A stretch of DNA of 64,000 bases from the human T2T-CHM13v2.0 reference genome, Homo sapiens: assembly GCF_009914755.1 (NCBI RefSeq), contig NC_060927.1. One strand, given 5' to 3'. The translations under genes and the position numbers were made by a program. This document shows, piece after piece, positions 39,300-59,585 of the stretch. The notes beneath the pieces were generated by a model that worked only from the letters and a program-made list of their open reading frames with translations, was not told the DNA's origin and did no database searches. The first letter of the stretch is position 1; each line of letters starts with the position of its first letter.

Positions 39300-41400
39300 A
39301 AAATAATGCTCCAAGTCTGGCAGTAAAAATCATCGGTTTTTTCCCTCCACATTCCCAACCCCCATGTCCACTCCCCAGAGACAAACACTTAGTTCAGTGT
39401 TTATCCTGAGTACTCACCCTGTTATTTCTAACTAACATGCTTATGCTTCAATTTCTTGGTTTATAAGTGTTAGAAATGATCTATTGACTTTCTATTAGGT
39501 TACATGAGAATTTAGCCCTCTTACTGATCACTGCCCCCCTCCGCCCCACCACCACCTTGCCATTTTACCTGTTCTTCTAATATGTTATTTCAGAAATTAA
39601 ATAAGTAGCCAGTGGTTATATTATTTATGACTATGTAAATATCAATCACTGCTGAGGCAGGGAGGTACTTTCATCTTTTCATTGCTTGTACAAGTTTTTA
39701 TTTTTCCTGGAGTTAATCATTGCCTTGGTCTTTTCCATTTACTTCATTTTTTATGTACTTATTTTTTTTCTCTATATCGTTCAGTGGATCTGTAAAGCCT
39801 ATGAACAACATTTTCTAAATGGCCAAGCATGTCAGATGCTCTATCAATTCTGTTGACTTCCTAGCAACCTCTCTTCTATAGCTCTACATCCTTCTCCTTT
39901 ATTCTGGACTGGGTATGGACTACATTCCTGATTTCCCACTATGATTCTTTTGACTATTTCTCTGGCTTGTTGGATCTATTATCTTCCTCCTCTTCTTTTT
40001 TCCCCCTGTTTTCTCTCCTCTTTTGCTTAAGCACATCCTCCAGTAGCTTCCCAATAATCACTTGCTTGAGAAGCAAATTTTTTCAGCTTGTACCCATCTA
40101 AAAATATTTGCTTTCAAATTTGATTGATAGGTTAGAAATATTAGTTCCTTGATTCAAAATTATTTCTCCTCATTCTTTAAAATGCATTGTTCCATTGTCA
40201 TAGGCTCCCATTGTGCTCTTGAGAAGTTTAATGGCATTATGCATCCCAATCCTTCATGTGGAACCATTTTTTGTCCCTCCCTGGAGGCTTTTAGAATCTT
40301 TTTTAAAATCCCTGATGTGCCTTGATGTGGATCTTTTTCCCATTTCCTGAATTGGATGATTATTGTGCCTAAAGTCTGGAAATTTTTAATGTAATATTTC
40401 TTTAATAGTTCCTTTCCTGCTCTTGTCTCTCATTTCCCTTTATGGAATTCTGGATTAATTATCTCATTTTCTTATCTCATCTGCCCTTTCATCCCTATTT
40501 TTGACTTTTTGTTCTGTTCTCTAGGAGAGTTCTTATACTTTATCTTCTAATTCTGCTATGTAATTTTTGAAAATTTTAGTTATATTTTTAATTTTCAAGG
40601 CTGCTTTTCTATTTTCTGTTGCTCCTTTTCAGTGACATTCTGTCCTTGTGTTTTTTGGCTGAAATACATCTTCTTTTCTCTCTGTGGCGATTAAACTAAT
40701 GCATATGCACATTTGTGCGGTGGGGGGCTGGGTCTAGGGGTATGTCTCTCCACTCTGAGTATGCGGAGAGCTTTCGAACTAGTCAGCCTCAGCAGGGGTG
40801 ATCAGACTGCATGCAAGCCTAGTCTCCAGCCCAGCGCCAGGATCAGAAGACTTTCTTCTGAGGTTATGCAGTTTCTTCAGAGGAACCATCCCGTTTCCTA
40901 GCTTTCTGCCTGGAGTAGAGGTGTCCAGATCCCCATACTTAGGAACAAAATAAGGAAACAGCAGAGGGCCCTGCTCAGGGCGCAGACTTTCTTGTCACCT
41001 GTCTGCTGTACACTCTACACCTCTGAATCAGAAATGTCTGAAGGGAAAGAAATCTCTCATTTCCTGTGGATGGTGGGTGGGACCTAGGGTTCATCCACTG
41101 TCTATATAAATAAAGCTAATGTTTTACCCTTTGTTTTCCCTACAACTTCTGCAGTTTTGGTGTTTTAAGGCCCTAGACTTTTCCAGAATTCTTTAGGGTG
41201 AGCTGTCGCATTCTTTCTGGACACTTGAGCTGAGACTATCCCTATGTGCAAAGTCAGAGATCACACCCGCAAATGCTATTTCAAAAGATTTTTAGAAATC
41301 TCTCATCTGTGTCTTTTTGCTTCTTGTCCTTGATGTTAGAATGAGTCAAATTTTATTATTTTGCTGTCATTTTAGGAGAGTTTCAAGAGGGAGCAAAGAT
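39300..41400 (-). mobile_element. ancient L1-related element (HAL1/L1ME-like)
   Basis: Long T-rich antisense LINE-like stretch sharing diverged motifs with 6990-7745. Confidence 0.55.
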
Positions 41401-41414
41401 AAAGATTTCTTTAA

Positions 41415-41672
41415 ACTATTTGCAAAACATATCCGATAAAGGTCTAGTATCCAGAATACGTAAAAACTCTTACAGCTCAGCAGTAAAAAGACAACCCAAT
41501 TAAGAAGTTGGCAAAGGATTTGAATAGGTATTTATTCAGAGAAGATATACAAATGGTCTATAAATACATAAGAAGATGCACTATTATCATTAGTCACCAG
41601 GGAAATGCAAATCAAAGCCACAATGGGATACTACTTCACACCCATTAGGATGGAAATAAGTATATGTATATA

Positions 41673-41721
<49 letters not shown>

Positions 41722-41815
41722 TTGAATAACAAGTGTTAACAAGGATGTAGAAAAATTGGAACCCTCATATATCACTGCTGGAAATGTAAAATGGTGCAGC
41801 ATTTCCCCCAGCAGA
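41415..41815 (+). mobile_element. L1M ORF2 C-terminal fragment with (CA)n(TA)n at about 41665-41721
   Basis: gataaaggtctagtatccagaat...gggaaatgcaaatcaaagccacaatg. Confidence 0.85.
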
Positions 41816-41874
41816 AAAAAAGAATCTAGGCTATTAACCACCCATCCATCTACCCAGTCATGCCTTCACTTTTC

Positions 41875-43010
<1,136 letters not shown>

Positions 43011-44149
43011 GGTAATGCTGGTTTAAACAAGAAATTAAAAGACAGGCAGAGACCTCAACCAAAATCTACTCTCCACAAATGAAGTCAGTAAACAGGCTGA
43101 CAGCTCACCGCGTGCCAGGCTCCATGCTGGAGGCTGAGAGGGAGTTAAGGAGTGGGGCTGGACACTCCAGCTGAACCAACAAGAGGAAACCAGAATAAGA
43201 ACAGGAGAGCAGACCGCCATGAGCTGCCATAAATCAGCACAGGAGACTCCCCAGCGAGGAGTAGGAAGTACCAGCCTCCCGGGTTTCTGACTGGCTGTGG
43301 AAATGAGAATATCTCAGCAGGTGTGCACCTTCCTGCCTCATCCAGAGTCCTGTGGGCACACTGCCATCACTGCCCCTCGGCTGTACAAAGCAGCCAAGGC
43401 CAGTCTTTCTCTTATCCCCACACCCCACAGACAGCCGGCCCCTCCCCCTCCTGCGGGCCTCTCTCCCTTCCCCCCTTCCCCTTTCATTCTCTCTTTCCTC
43501 ATCATCAGCCATCTAGAAGCAGAGGTCTTCATTCCTGTGTCCAAGGGGGCACGAGGACTCAGCAAATGTGAAACTCAAAGCACATCTGAAGAGCAACTAT
43601 TCCAGCGGCTGTTTACAGAGGAGAAGAGACCCAGGGTGGGTAAAGAAGCCCTCCCTCAGCATGCCCAGACAACCCAACCCCCACATCCACCCCGGGGCCT
43701 TCGCTCTAAGGTCACCAAAGACCTCATTACCACCTCACAGTTCCCACTGGCTTCCTGACCGTCCTAACTCCCTGTCTACTCCTCTGTTACATGAAAGACA
43801 AACCCTCAGGCCAATACCCAACTTCTGCCGTCCTTGGCCTCTTCTCTCTTCCCTCATGCACTTTCCTTGGGCAATGTGCTACAGAGAACAGAGCTCAACC
43901 CTTCTAGTCCAGTGACCCTCTCCTCAGGCATAGTCTCCATTCCTTACCTGAGCTCATTGGGTTGGACTGAGGATTAAATAAGATAGCATGTGTTAAAGCA
44001 CATGGCAAGTACTCAAAAAAGTGATGACAATTTTAACATCTCTTAAACTAAACTAGTTATCTTTTCTCCACCTCCAGATATAAATGGAACTAACAAACTT
44101 CAGTGATTTCAGACTTCGTTTCCCTTGGAAATAACTCCCAAAGTTATGC

Positions 44150-45350
44150 CTCTATCTGTTCCGAATGCTTTCAGACTATGTAATAGAAAACCCAATTTAC
44201 AGGGGATTTATTAGATACTGAGCTGTTTTTACTCACAGCACTTCTGACACCAAATGTGTGGGTTTTTCCCTACACCAAACAATTCTCCAGCTCTCTGGAC
44301 ATCAGCTGGCTGTTCCTACAATTCAACTCTGACTCTACCCAGAGTTAGCATCCGACTCTGCAGGTTTAAGTGCTCAGTCCCACAAGGCTACCCTCATTTC
44401 AGATACCATTCACAAGTATTGGGTCCTCAGGGTACCCACACTCTCTCCAACGTGGCTACAAGCTGAGGATTGGCGAACCACCCCCTCAGGTTTGATAATT
44501 TGTTAGAATGACTCACAAAATTCAGGCAAACACCTTGTTTACCATTACTGGTTTATTATGAAGGCTACAACCCAAGAACAGCCAAATGGAAGCAATGCAT
44601 GGGCAAGATGTGGGAGGAACACAGAGCTTCCATGCTCTTTCTGGGAGTGCCACCCTCCTAGCACCCCAATGTGTTCACCAACCTGGAAGCTTCCCAAACC
44701 CCACTGTTTGGGTTTTTTTAATGGAAGTTTCATTACATAGGCATGATTGATTAAATCATTGACCATTAGTGATTAACTCAATCTCCAGCCCTCCCTGGAG
44801 GTGGCAGTTGGGGGATGGAGGGAGCAGAAAGTCCCAACCCTCTAATGATGTCTTGGTCTTTCTGGTGACCAGCTTCATCCTGAAGTTATCTAAGAGCCCC
44901 CAGCCACCAGTTCTCTCATTAGCATACTAAAGACTTATCACTCCAGAGAGTCCAGTGGTTTCAGGAGCTATGTGCCAGGAAGCAGGGCAAAGACAAAATA
45001 TATGTTATTTAGGATGCCACAAATACAATTAATTTTTTCCCAGTATAACAAGATCTGAGAGAAGTGATTGTAATAATCAGTTCAGTTACTTAACAAGGTC
45101 ATAGTTCAATTACTTAACAAGGGCCCAGATTCTGTCCTTCTCTTCTGCTATTCTTAGCAGGTTGGCCTTTCTCCCTTGGTTGGAAAATGGTTCCCCTCAT
45201 GGGCACAGTATGGCTGCCACAGCTCCAAGCCTCATATCTGTATCCAAAGAAAGGTAAACAAAGGAAAGGATAGTGCAAATGGCATCTGTCCTTTCAGTAG
45301 GAAAATCAATATCCTCCCCCAATATCTTCCTATGTCTCTATAATACACAG
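44150..45350 (-). mobile_element. MLT1(K/L)-like LTR interrupted by MER21
   Basis: gaatgctttcagactatgtaatagaaaaccca on the left; tatggctgccacagctccaagcctcatatc on the right. Confidence 0.5.
44218..45021 (-). mobile_element. MER21-family LTR
   Basis: cacttctgacaccaaatg...cccctcaggtttgataatttg...ttcaggagctatgtgccaggaa. Confidence 0.85.
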
Positions 45351-46154
45351 AAAGGGTCAGGCGATCATACCTATAAGTAAGCAATAGATCAATCAATTGA
45401 TAGGTAGATGTACACATATCATGTATATAAAATATATATGTATTTATCTTTACATGAATATATATGTATATACACACAGTCAAGGTCAGATGAGTTGACA
45501 CTTCCACTTCATTTTTTAAGAAAAAAGAAAATTTTATTTTAAGAAAAAAGAAACAAATACTTTTATTTTTAAGAAAAAAAGAAATAATATTTTTTCATTT
45601 TGCTGAGAGCCTGTCTGTTCCAAGATTTTATGAGCACTACCTTGAATCCTGACAAACTACCAATATAAACTTTATTGTCTCATTTCAGAGCTAGGGACTA
45701 AACCCACCATTGGTTGGTTGTCCTGGTAGAGCAGGGCTGGGCCGTATATCTTGCTGATTTCAAAGGCAGAGGAATGCAGACCGAGGACAAGGATTCCCCA
45801 TTGCAGAATATGTAACCCTGGGAGAGCCCCTGAAACTCCACCGAGAACTCACGCCACCCAGGGGTAGGAAAATGCAAATTGTAGGGCTGCTGATGGGGAC
45901 CCAGAGTAAGAATCTTCCTTCCCAGTGTTTCTGGGTTGGCCTCTCTAAGGCTTCTCCAGAGTCAGCCAAAACTCGTGGAGTATTTTAAGTTCTCCATCAT
46001 AGAGTATGTCTCATCTCAGGCACATCGGAAGCCTTTTTCTCTGGCAGGAGCTAACTGCTCCCCTGCCAACCAGAACCATTAAGCTAAGACCTGAGTCCAC
46101 TCTAAGTACCACATAACCCATGTACTGAGAGAGAAGCTCTAAGCTTGACATCAG

Positions 46155-46604
46155 AGTGCCGGGTGGGATGCCGAGTTGGATACTGGACTGGGGAAAATAA
46201 ATGTTGCTGTAAAGGATGATATTGAGGCAATTAGCAAAATCTCAATATGGGTTATATGTGAAATAAGAGAGTTGGAGAAATGTTAAATTTCTCAAATTTT
46301 ATCCTTGAATTGTGGTTAAGAGAATATCCTTTTTCCTAGGAGATACACATAAAGTATTAGAGACTTGGGATCTTGGTCTCTACAATTTACTCTCAAATGT
46401 TCAGCAAAAATAAAAATAGGAATAAGTGTGAATAATAATGATAAATATGAAAAAATGAATAAGTATGCATAGTAAAAATATATCAATATGAAACATAAAA
46501 ATAAGAATAATAATGTTCATATTTTATATGGCTCAACCTTATATTACTGAAAGACAGACAGAAAGAGCATGCATGCATGCGTGCACGCATGCACTCACCC
46601 CCCG

Positions 46605-46640
<36 letters not shown>

Positions 46641-46750
46641 CAAAATGTAAGCAATAGGTGGCTCCATGTGAAAGATATGTTGGAGTCCAGTGAAATATTC
46701 TTGCAACTTTTCAGTAGGTCTAAGTTTTTTTTCTAAATACAACAAAAGAG
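46155..46750 (+). mobile_element. L1MC 3' end with embedded (GCAT)n and (CA)n
   Basis: ggatactggactgggg...agagaatatcctttttcctaggagatacac...tattcttgcaacttttc. Confidence 0.65.
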
Positions 46751-46863
46751 TTAATTTATTTTAAAAGGCCGTAGGTAGAATATACATGCTGTTTTGATGT
46801 AGTAGGCATACTGAAATATGCAGTACAAATAGGATAAAGTGGTAGCAACGCTTTTCAAGCTCT
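46669..46863 (+). repeat. displaced direct duplication, copy 1
   Basis: About 190 bp, roughly 85-90% identical to 47362-47554. Confidence 0.95.
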
Positions 46864-47361
46864 GCAATGGTGTTGCCTCCCCTTCTCCACAAAGTATATC
46901 TCCAAACAGATGCTTGGATCCTGCCCAGATAACTTCAAAATCACTCACAAACTTCCTAAAACCTGCAAGTCTCAGTAGTATTGCTAATGGGCTCATCTGC
47001 TAGAAGCTACATGTCTAGGTTCTTGACATTTAACTTATGACTTTGCCTCTTTCTCGGTTTGCTTTGAAAGACTCTAAATGGTTTTCCAAATTTGGCAGAG
47101 CCCAATTGGCCTTTCAAGGCAGATTCTAACATAAAGCTCCATGGGCACTTTGCGTCTGCAAGTTCCATTATGTTTGCCCAAACTTCACTCCTAAGGGTTG
47201 CTCCACCTACTACTACCATTAATATTAAATGGATTGGCAAAGGACCTCGGAGTAAGTGCTTCTAGAAATTGGCACATCAGGTAGATCTTCCCTTAGGTCC
47301 TCCTCAAGAGTGCATCCTCTTGAGCCTGCTGAACCCATGACACCCAGAAGGGGTTCACTTC

Positions 47362-47554
47362 TGAAAGACATATTGGAGTCCAGTGAAATATTCTTGCAAC
47401 TTTTCAGTAGTTCTGAGTCTTTTTTCTAAATACAGCAAAAGAGTTAATTTTTGAAAGGCCCTAAGGTGGAGTGTGCATGCTGTTTTGATGCAGTAGGTAA
47501 ACTGAAATATGCAGTACAAATAAGATAAAGTGGTAGCAATAATTTTAGAGCTCT
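47362..47554 (+). repeat. displaced direct duplication, copy 2
   Basis: Shares ttggagtccagtgaaatattcttgcaacttttcagtag and actgaaatatgcagtacaaata with copy 1. Confidence 0.95.
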
Positions 47555-48194
47555 AAGACCCATCATCCCACTTGAAACGGAAGCCACGGTTCCCAGGAGC
47601 TGTGGCCACCTCTCTGCATGGAACGGCCCAAGGCGGGTGCGGTCACCAGAACCCAAAAAGAAAGAGTCATTTAGAGCAAGCTGCTTTGAGAGAAGTCGTG
47701 ACCTTCTGGAAGGGTCAAAGCCAGCCAGGGGCACCCTCACTGAGAGATGGCCAGGGAATAAAAACCCCGACCTCACACACCTCCCACTCTCTCATCTCCA
47801 GCAAAGTCTCTCTCTTCTGCCCAACCCGACTAGAAGCCAGAGGGTCTAGAACTCATGGGGGCAATGATACACTGGCCAGCCCCAATAGCAGAGTATGTGG
47901 GCAAGGCTGGAGTGTGAGTCTGGAAGAGCAACTGGAACATATTGGGCATATTCCATTTCCTTATCTGCAAAACAGAAATAAAAAAAATAATACCTACCTC
48001 ACAGGGTTGTTAGGATTAAATGAGACAAACTTAAGTGGGCTGGCCTATTTCAGTGACTGTTGTTTTTATTATATTCCAGGAAGGAAACCTTTAGGGGAGG
48101 GCTCTGCCGGGAGGGATCTCGGTGCCTTTGCTTGGCTTCTCCAGTAAGGAGAGAGTGAAGAGCCCACTCACGTTGCCAGTTGGAAGACTCCTAG

Positions 48195-49575
48195 TTCTTC
48201 ATTTCAAAACTTTCTACAAAGCTACAGTAATCAAGACAGTGTAGTATTGGCAGAAGGGCAGACACAGCTCAGTGAAATAGAATTAAGAGTTGAGAAATAA
48301 ACCCTTACATTTTGGTCAATTGATTTTAGACAAAGATGTCAAGATAATTCAAAGGGGAAAAGAATAGTCTTTCAACAAATGGTGCTGGGATAACTTGACG
48401 TCCGCATGCAAGTCATGAATTTGGGCTCTTATGTCACAGACAAAAGTTAATCCCAAATGAATCTAAGAGCTAAAATTTTAAATTCTAAGCAGAAAACTTG
48501 AGTGTAAATCTTCATGACCTTGGATTAGGCAAAGATTTATTAGATATAACACCAAAACACAAATTAACTCGAGAAAAAATAGACTAATTTGACTCTATCA
48601 AAATTAAAAGCTTTTGTGCTTCAAAGGACACCATCAAGAACCTGAGAAGACAACTCCAGAATGAGAGGATATTTTCACAAATTATATATCAAATAGGAGA
48701 CTTGTATCCAGAATTTACAAAGAATTATTATAACTCAACAATCAAACGACAAATAATCCACTTTAAAAGTGGGCAAAAGATTTGAACAGACATTTCTCCA
48801 AAGAAGGTATACACATAGCCAATTTTAAAAGCACATGAAAATATGCTCAACATCTTTCAGTTATCAAGGAAATGCAAATCAAAACCACAATGAGATACCA
48901 CTTCATGTCTTATAGGATGGCCATAACAAACAAGATGGACTATGTCAAGTGTTGGCAATGATGCAGAGAAGTTGGAACCCTTGTACACTGCTGGAGGGGA
49001 TGTAAAATGGTGCAACCTCTGTGGAAAACAGTTTGACAATTCCTCACAAAGTTTAATAAAGAGTTCACCCATCAATTCCACTCCTGGATATATACCCAAG
49101 AGAACTGAAAATATATGTTCACACAAAGACTTCTACACAAATGTTCATGGCATCATTATTCATAATAGCCAAAAAGTATAAACAACCCAAATGTCCATCA
49201 ACTGACAAGTTAATAAACAAAATGTGATCTGTTCATACAGTGGAATATTATTTGGCCATAAAAAGGAACAAAGTATTAACACATGGTACAACATGGATGA
49301 ACCCTGAAAACATGATGCTAAGTGAAAGAGGTCAGATACAAAAGGCCACATATTGTATTATTTCCTTCATATGAAATGTCAAGAAAAGGGAAATTTATAG
49401 AAATGGAAAGTAGACTAATGGTTGCCACAGGATGGAGGAGGAGCAAATGGGGAGTGACTACTAATGGGTACAGGGTTTCTTTTTGGGGGTGATGAAGATG
49501 TTCTACAATTCACCAACATTTTGGTGAATTTTATGATATGTAAATGATATCTCAATGAAAATATATTTCAAAAAT
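48195..49575 (+). mobile_element. L1MB 3' portion (ORF2 end and 3'UTR)
   Basis: ctacaaagctacagtaatcaagacagtgt...ggaaatgcaaatcaaaaccacaatgagatacc...gggtacagggtttctttttgggggtgatgaa. Confidence 0.9.
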
Positions 49576-49579
49576 TCAA

Positions 49580-50520
<941 letters not shown>

Positions 50521-51354
50521 ACAAGTGTTTCTAAACTTGACCTGTTTATGATCCCTTTGGGGTAATAGGCTGCTCCACTCAACTCACACTTGCAGTAAAA
50601 ATTTGGGTGTCATTTTCATTGTTTTTATTTGTGGCCCATATCTGTTATGAGACCTAAATTTTTGCAAAGGACATTAGTTTCTTTCTTCCTCATTTCTGGG
50701 CAGAGCATCTTCCCAGGACCTGGAACTTGGTACCTGCTCCACACATTTTTGTTGAATGAACAAATGAACTCGATCAATATGTGAAACCCTGAGTTTATCT
50801 GTTTGTTTTTTAGATCAACTGTTGTCTTCTTCACGTTTCTTGTTCTGCCATTGAATGCACACTCTCTTCACTTTAGATGGGCTCTGACATCTCACACCAG
50901 GCTGCCCTTCTGGGGGAATGCCTTTCTCACTTTGCCCAAGCACTGACTCCCCAAGCCTGGCTGCCCCTCTCTGTGGGCATCATCCCAACCCAGGTCTCCC
51001 CACCTGCCTGGGGTTTGATGCTTCTCTTTGGACTGTCATGACCTCCCCTGGAATGAATGTTTACTTTGCTCTGCCTCAGCTAATGGTTTAGGACTGAACT
51101 GTTTAGGAAGGGAAGGAAAAAATAGGAAAAGAAGGGAATAAATGGGGAAAGTAAAAGAAGAAGAGGACAGGCTGGGTTTTCTTTTTCTAGTCAATCTTGT
51201 TTCCTTCACCAAACCTTTTTCTTTTTTGCTTGAATCACAGTGTATTGTATTCATGCAGTTCCCTCTATTTGGAATGGCCCCTGCCTTTGCTTTTTGAAAT
51301 TCTACTCATTCTTCAACACAGAGGACAAGTGTCTCTCTGTGGAGCCTTCTCTGA

Positions 51355-51407
<53 letters not shown>

Positions 51408-51450
51408 TATACATTCATGCACATACATGCACTCATATACACATGCACCC
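51355..51450. repeat. (CT)n(CA)n microsatellite
   Basis: Directly visible. Confidence 0.95.
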
Positions 51451-51535
51451 AAACAAAACCATTCACTAGTTCTCCTGGGTTCCTACATCACTATGGACAA
51501 GTTTGTCTTACAACGCTTAAGAAATTGCATTATGG

Positions 51536-51909
<374 letters not shown>

Positions 51910-52808
51910 CTAACACCTAGCACAAAGAGAGCATATAGTGAACACTCAAAAAATGTGTGCCAAATAAACTACCCAGTTGATTTGGCATTTATGGTCAATC
52001 TTAGTGTTGGAGAGTTGATGGGTTTTCTGTACTCCTTGGGGGTAGTATTCTGTGTCTTACAATTTAAACTTATCTTAGTGGTTTATTTCTGGACTTGTTC
52101 TATAGGACAGTGGGGGGCTGATTTAGCCCCATCTCATGGCAACTACTGACACCACCAGAAACTCACCCACAGCATTCTCAATGTGAACTCCTGCACTCAG
52201 CAGCAAGCTAATTACTGTGCTCATCACTTAAAACAAAACAAAACAAAAAAAAAAAACACTGCATTTTCGGCCTCTGTTAGCTTATAAATAAATTAACATG
52301 ACAAGATTTTCAATTCAGAAAACAATGCCAAAATATAAAGAAAAGAGGTTTTGAAAAAACAACTCAAGTGTAATTAAAGAGGAAGAATCCAATACATCCT
52401 ACGGGAATCTTTCTAACCCTGAATTCCCATGGTAGGAAAGACCCCCCAGTATTCAACACTGGAGCTAATTTAAACCTCTATCCTGTAATTTTAAATTCAG
52501 AAACTTGGGTTGCCCTGGCATTCATCATTTACCAGGCACAGTGAACTTGGTGTCTACCAACATGTGTATTTAGTTTCACAGTTAAATGTACACAACAGAA
52601 GCAACCCCCCACCCCTTGCATTCCCATTTCTCTCTCCTTTCTTTTCCTTTGCCTCTCCCTTTCTCAGACTGCGCTGAGCTGGGTGGATCTGGCTCTGTCC
52701 CAAGTTCCACTGAACATCTGGAACAATTTTTCTATTGTTCTTGATCTGAGTTTGAAAAACCACAAATAACTTTGCTAAGCACCATTTCTCCTTCATTTTT
52801 AATACCTA

Positions 52809-53156
<348 letters not shown>

Positions 53157-53594
53157 TCAGATGTATTTATTTCTCATGCTTCTGACTCGTCTATACCTTG
53201 CTCATCAAAGTTGGTTTTCTTTTTCTTTTTCAATTTTTTAATGAGCCATTTGCTACCTGAAATTACTAGGCAATCTTTGCAGTCATTGTCAGCATCTTCC
53301 AATCTTTTTTTCTTCCAGGAAGGCAGATCATGGACAGAATAAAGGACTAGGCATCAGGAACCAACAGCACCCCCACCTCCCCAAAATGCACACCCAAGAA
53401 AAGTTGATTGTCAGTTCAAAATTCAGAAGCCACCTGGTCACTAAACCTTCGGCTTAGCAGAGTGGCCCTCCTGGACATGAAGCAGAGGACTATTAATATT
53501 TTGTAGCAATGTATGCAGAGAAACTAGCAGATTAAAGAAAAGGATTTTTGTAAATGAAATGAAAGCAGACATCACAAACATTCTCACAGAATCA

Positions 53595-54005
53595 CTTTTT
53601 AAAAAAATGTTTTTTGTTGTGCAAAATATTCATAAAACAAAACTTCCATTTTAAACATTTTTGAGTGTACAACTCAGTGGCATTAAAAGCATTCACATTG
53701 CTGTGCAGCCATCACCACCATCCATCTCTCCAGAACTTTTTCATCGTTCCAAACTGGAACTCTATACCCATTAAAAAATAACTCCCTATTACCTCCTCCT
53801 GACCCACGGTAACCACCATTCTACTTTCTCTCTCTGTGAATTTGACTATTCTAAGTACTTCATATGAGTGGAATCATACCATATTTGTCTTTTTGTGTCT
53901 GGCTTATTTCACTTAGCAAAATACTTTCAAGATTCATCCATGTTTTAGATCAGAACTTTATTCCTTTTTAAGGCTGAATAATATTCCACTGTATATAGGT
54001 ATCAC
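53595..54005 (-). mobile_element. L1MB 3'UTR fragment
   Basis: gagtgtacaactcagtggcatt...ggtaaccaccattctactttct...gaataatattccactgtat, cut off by the L1PA insertion. Confidence 0.88.
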
Positions 54006-54239
54006 TTTATTATTATTATTATTATACTTTAAGTTCTAGGGTACATGTGTAGAACGTGCAGATTTGTTACATAGATATACACATGCCATGGTAGTTTGCT
54101 GCACCCATCAACCAGTCATCTACATTAGATATTTCTCCTAATGCTGTCCCTCTCCTAGCCCCCGACCTTGCAACAGGCCCCAGTGTATGACGTTCCCCTC
54201 CCTGTGTCCATGTGTTCTCACTGTTCAGCTCCCACTTAT

Positions 54240-58049
<3,810 letters not shown>

Positions 58050-58109
58050 TATGATGCTAGCTGGTTATTTTGCCTATTAGTTGATGCAGTTTCTTCATAA
58101 TGTCGATGG

Positions 58110-59137
58110 TCTTCACAATTTGGTATGTTTTTGCAGTGGCTGGTACTGGTTGTTCCTTTCCATGTTTAGTGCTTCCTTCAGGAGCTCCTGTAAGGCAGGC
58201 CTGGTTGTGACAAAATCTCTCAGCATTTGCTTGTCTATAAAGGATTTTATTTCTCCTTTGCTTATGAAGCTTAGTTTGGCTGGATATGAAATTCTGGGTT
58301 GAAAATTGTTTTCTTTAAGAAAGTTGAATATTGGCCCCCATCCTCTTCTGGCTTATAGGGTTTCTGCAGACAGATCCACTGTTAGTCTGATGGGCTTCCC
58401 TTTGTGGGTAACTCAACCTTTTTCTCTGGCTGCCCTTAACATTTTTCTGTCATTTCAACCTTGGTGAATATGACAATTATGTTTCTTGGGGCTGCTCTTC
58501 TCGAGGAGTATCTTTGTGGTGTTCTCTGTATTTCCTGAATTTGAATGTTGGCCTGTCTTGCTAGGTTGGGGAATTTCTCCTGGATAATACCCTGAAGAGT
58601 GTTTTCCAACTTGGTTCCATTCTCCCTGCCACTTTCAGGTACAACAGTCAAACATAGGTTGGTCTTTTCACATAGTCCTATATTTCTTGGAGGCTTTGTT
58701 CATTTCTTTTCATTCTTTTTTCTCTAATCTTGTCTTCATGCTTTATTTCATTAAGTTGATCTTCAATCTCTGGTATTCTTTCTTCTGCTTGATCAATTTG
58801 GCTATTGATACTTGTATATGGTTCACAAAGTTCTCATGCTGTCTTTTTCAGCTCCATCAGGTCATTTATGTTCTTCTCTAAACTGGTCATTCTAGTTAGC
58901 AATTTCTCTAACCTTTTTTCAAGGTTTTTAGCTTCCTTGCATTGGGTTAGAACATGCCCCTTTAGCTCGGAGGAGTTTGTTATTAACACACCTTCTGAAG
59001 CCTACTTCTGTCAATTCATCAAACTCATTCTCTGTCCAGTTTTGTTCCTTTGCTGGTGAGAAGTTGTGATCCTTTGGAGGAAAAGAAGCGTTCTTGTTTG
59101 TGGAATTTTCAGCCTTTTTGCACTGGTTTTTCCTCAT
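58110..59137 (-). pseudogene. disrupted L1 ORF1
   Basis: Fragments 58928-59137 and 58436-58651 (ENGTKLENTLQ...FPNLARQANIQIQEIQRTPQRY). Confidence 0.9.
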
Positions 59138-59585
59138 CTTCGTGGATTTACCTACCTTTGGTCTTTGACATTGGTGTCCTTTGGATGGGGTTTTTGTGTG
59201 GATATCCTTTTTGTTGATGTTGATGTTATTCCTTTCAGTTTGTTAGTTTTCCTTCTAACAGTCAGGACCCTCTGCTGCAGGTCTGCTGGAGTTTGCTGGA
59301 GGTCCACTCCAGACCCTGTTTGCCTGGGTATCACCAGTGGAGGCTGCAGAACAGCAAAAATTGCTGCCTATTCCTTCCTCTGAATGCTTCATCCCAGAGG
59401 GGCACCCACCAGATGCCAGCTGGAGCTCTCCTCCATGAGGTGTCTGTTGACCCCTGCTGGGAGGTATCTCTCAGTCAGGAGGCACGGGGGTCAGAGACCC
59501 ACTTGAGGAGGCAGTTTGTCCCTTAGCAGAGCTCGAGCGTTGTGCTGGGAGATCCACTGTTCTCTTCAGAGCTGGCAGGTGGGAA

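Noticed and set aside
47572-48147. 191-aa plus-strand ORF
   Set aside because: Non-ATG start; runs through LTR-like and MIR-derived sequence; no recognisable protein.
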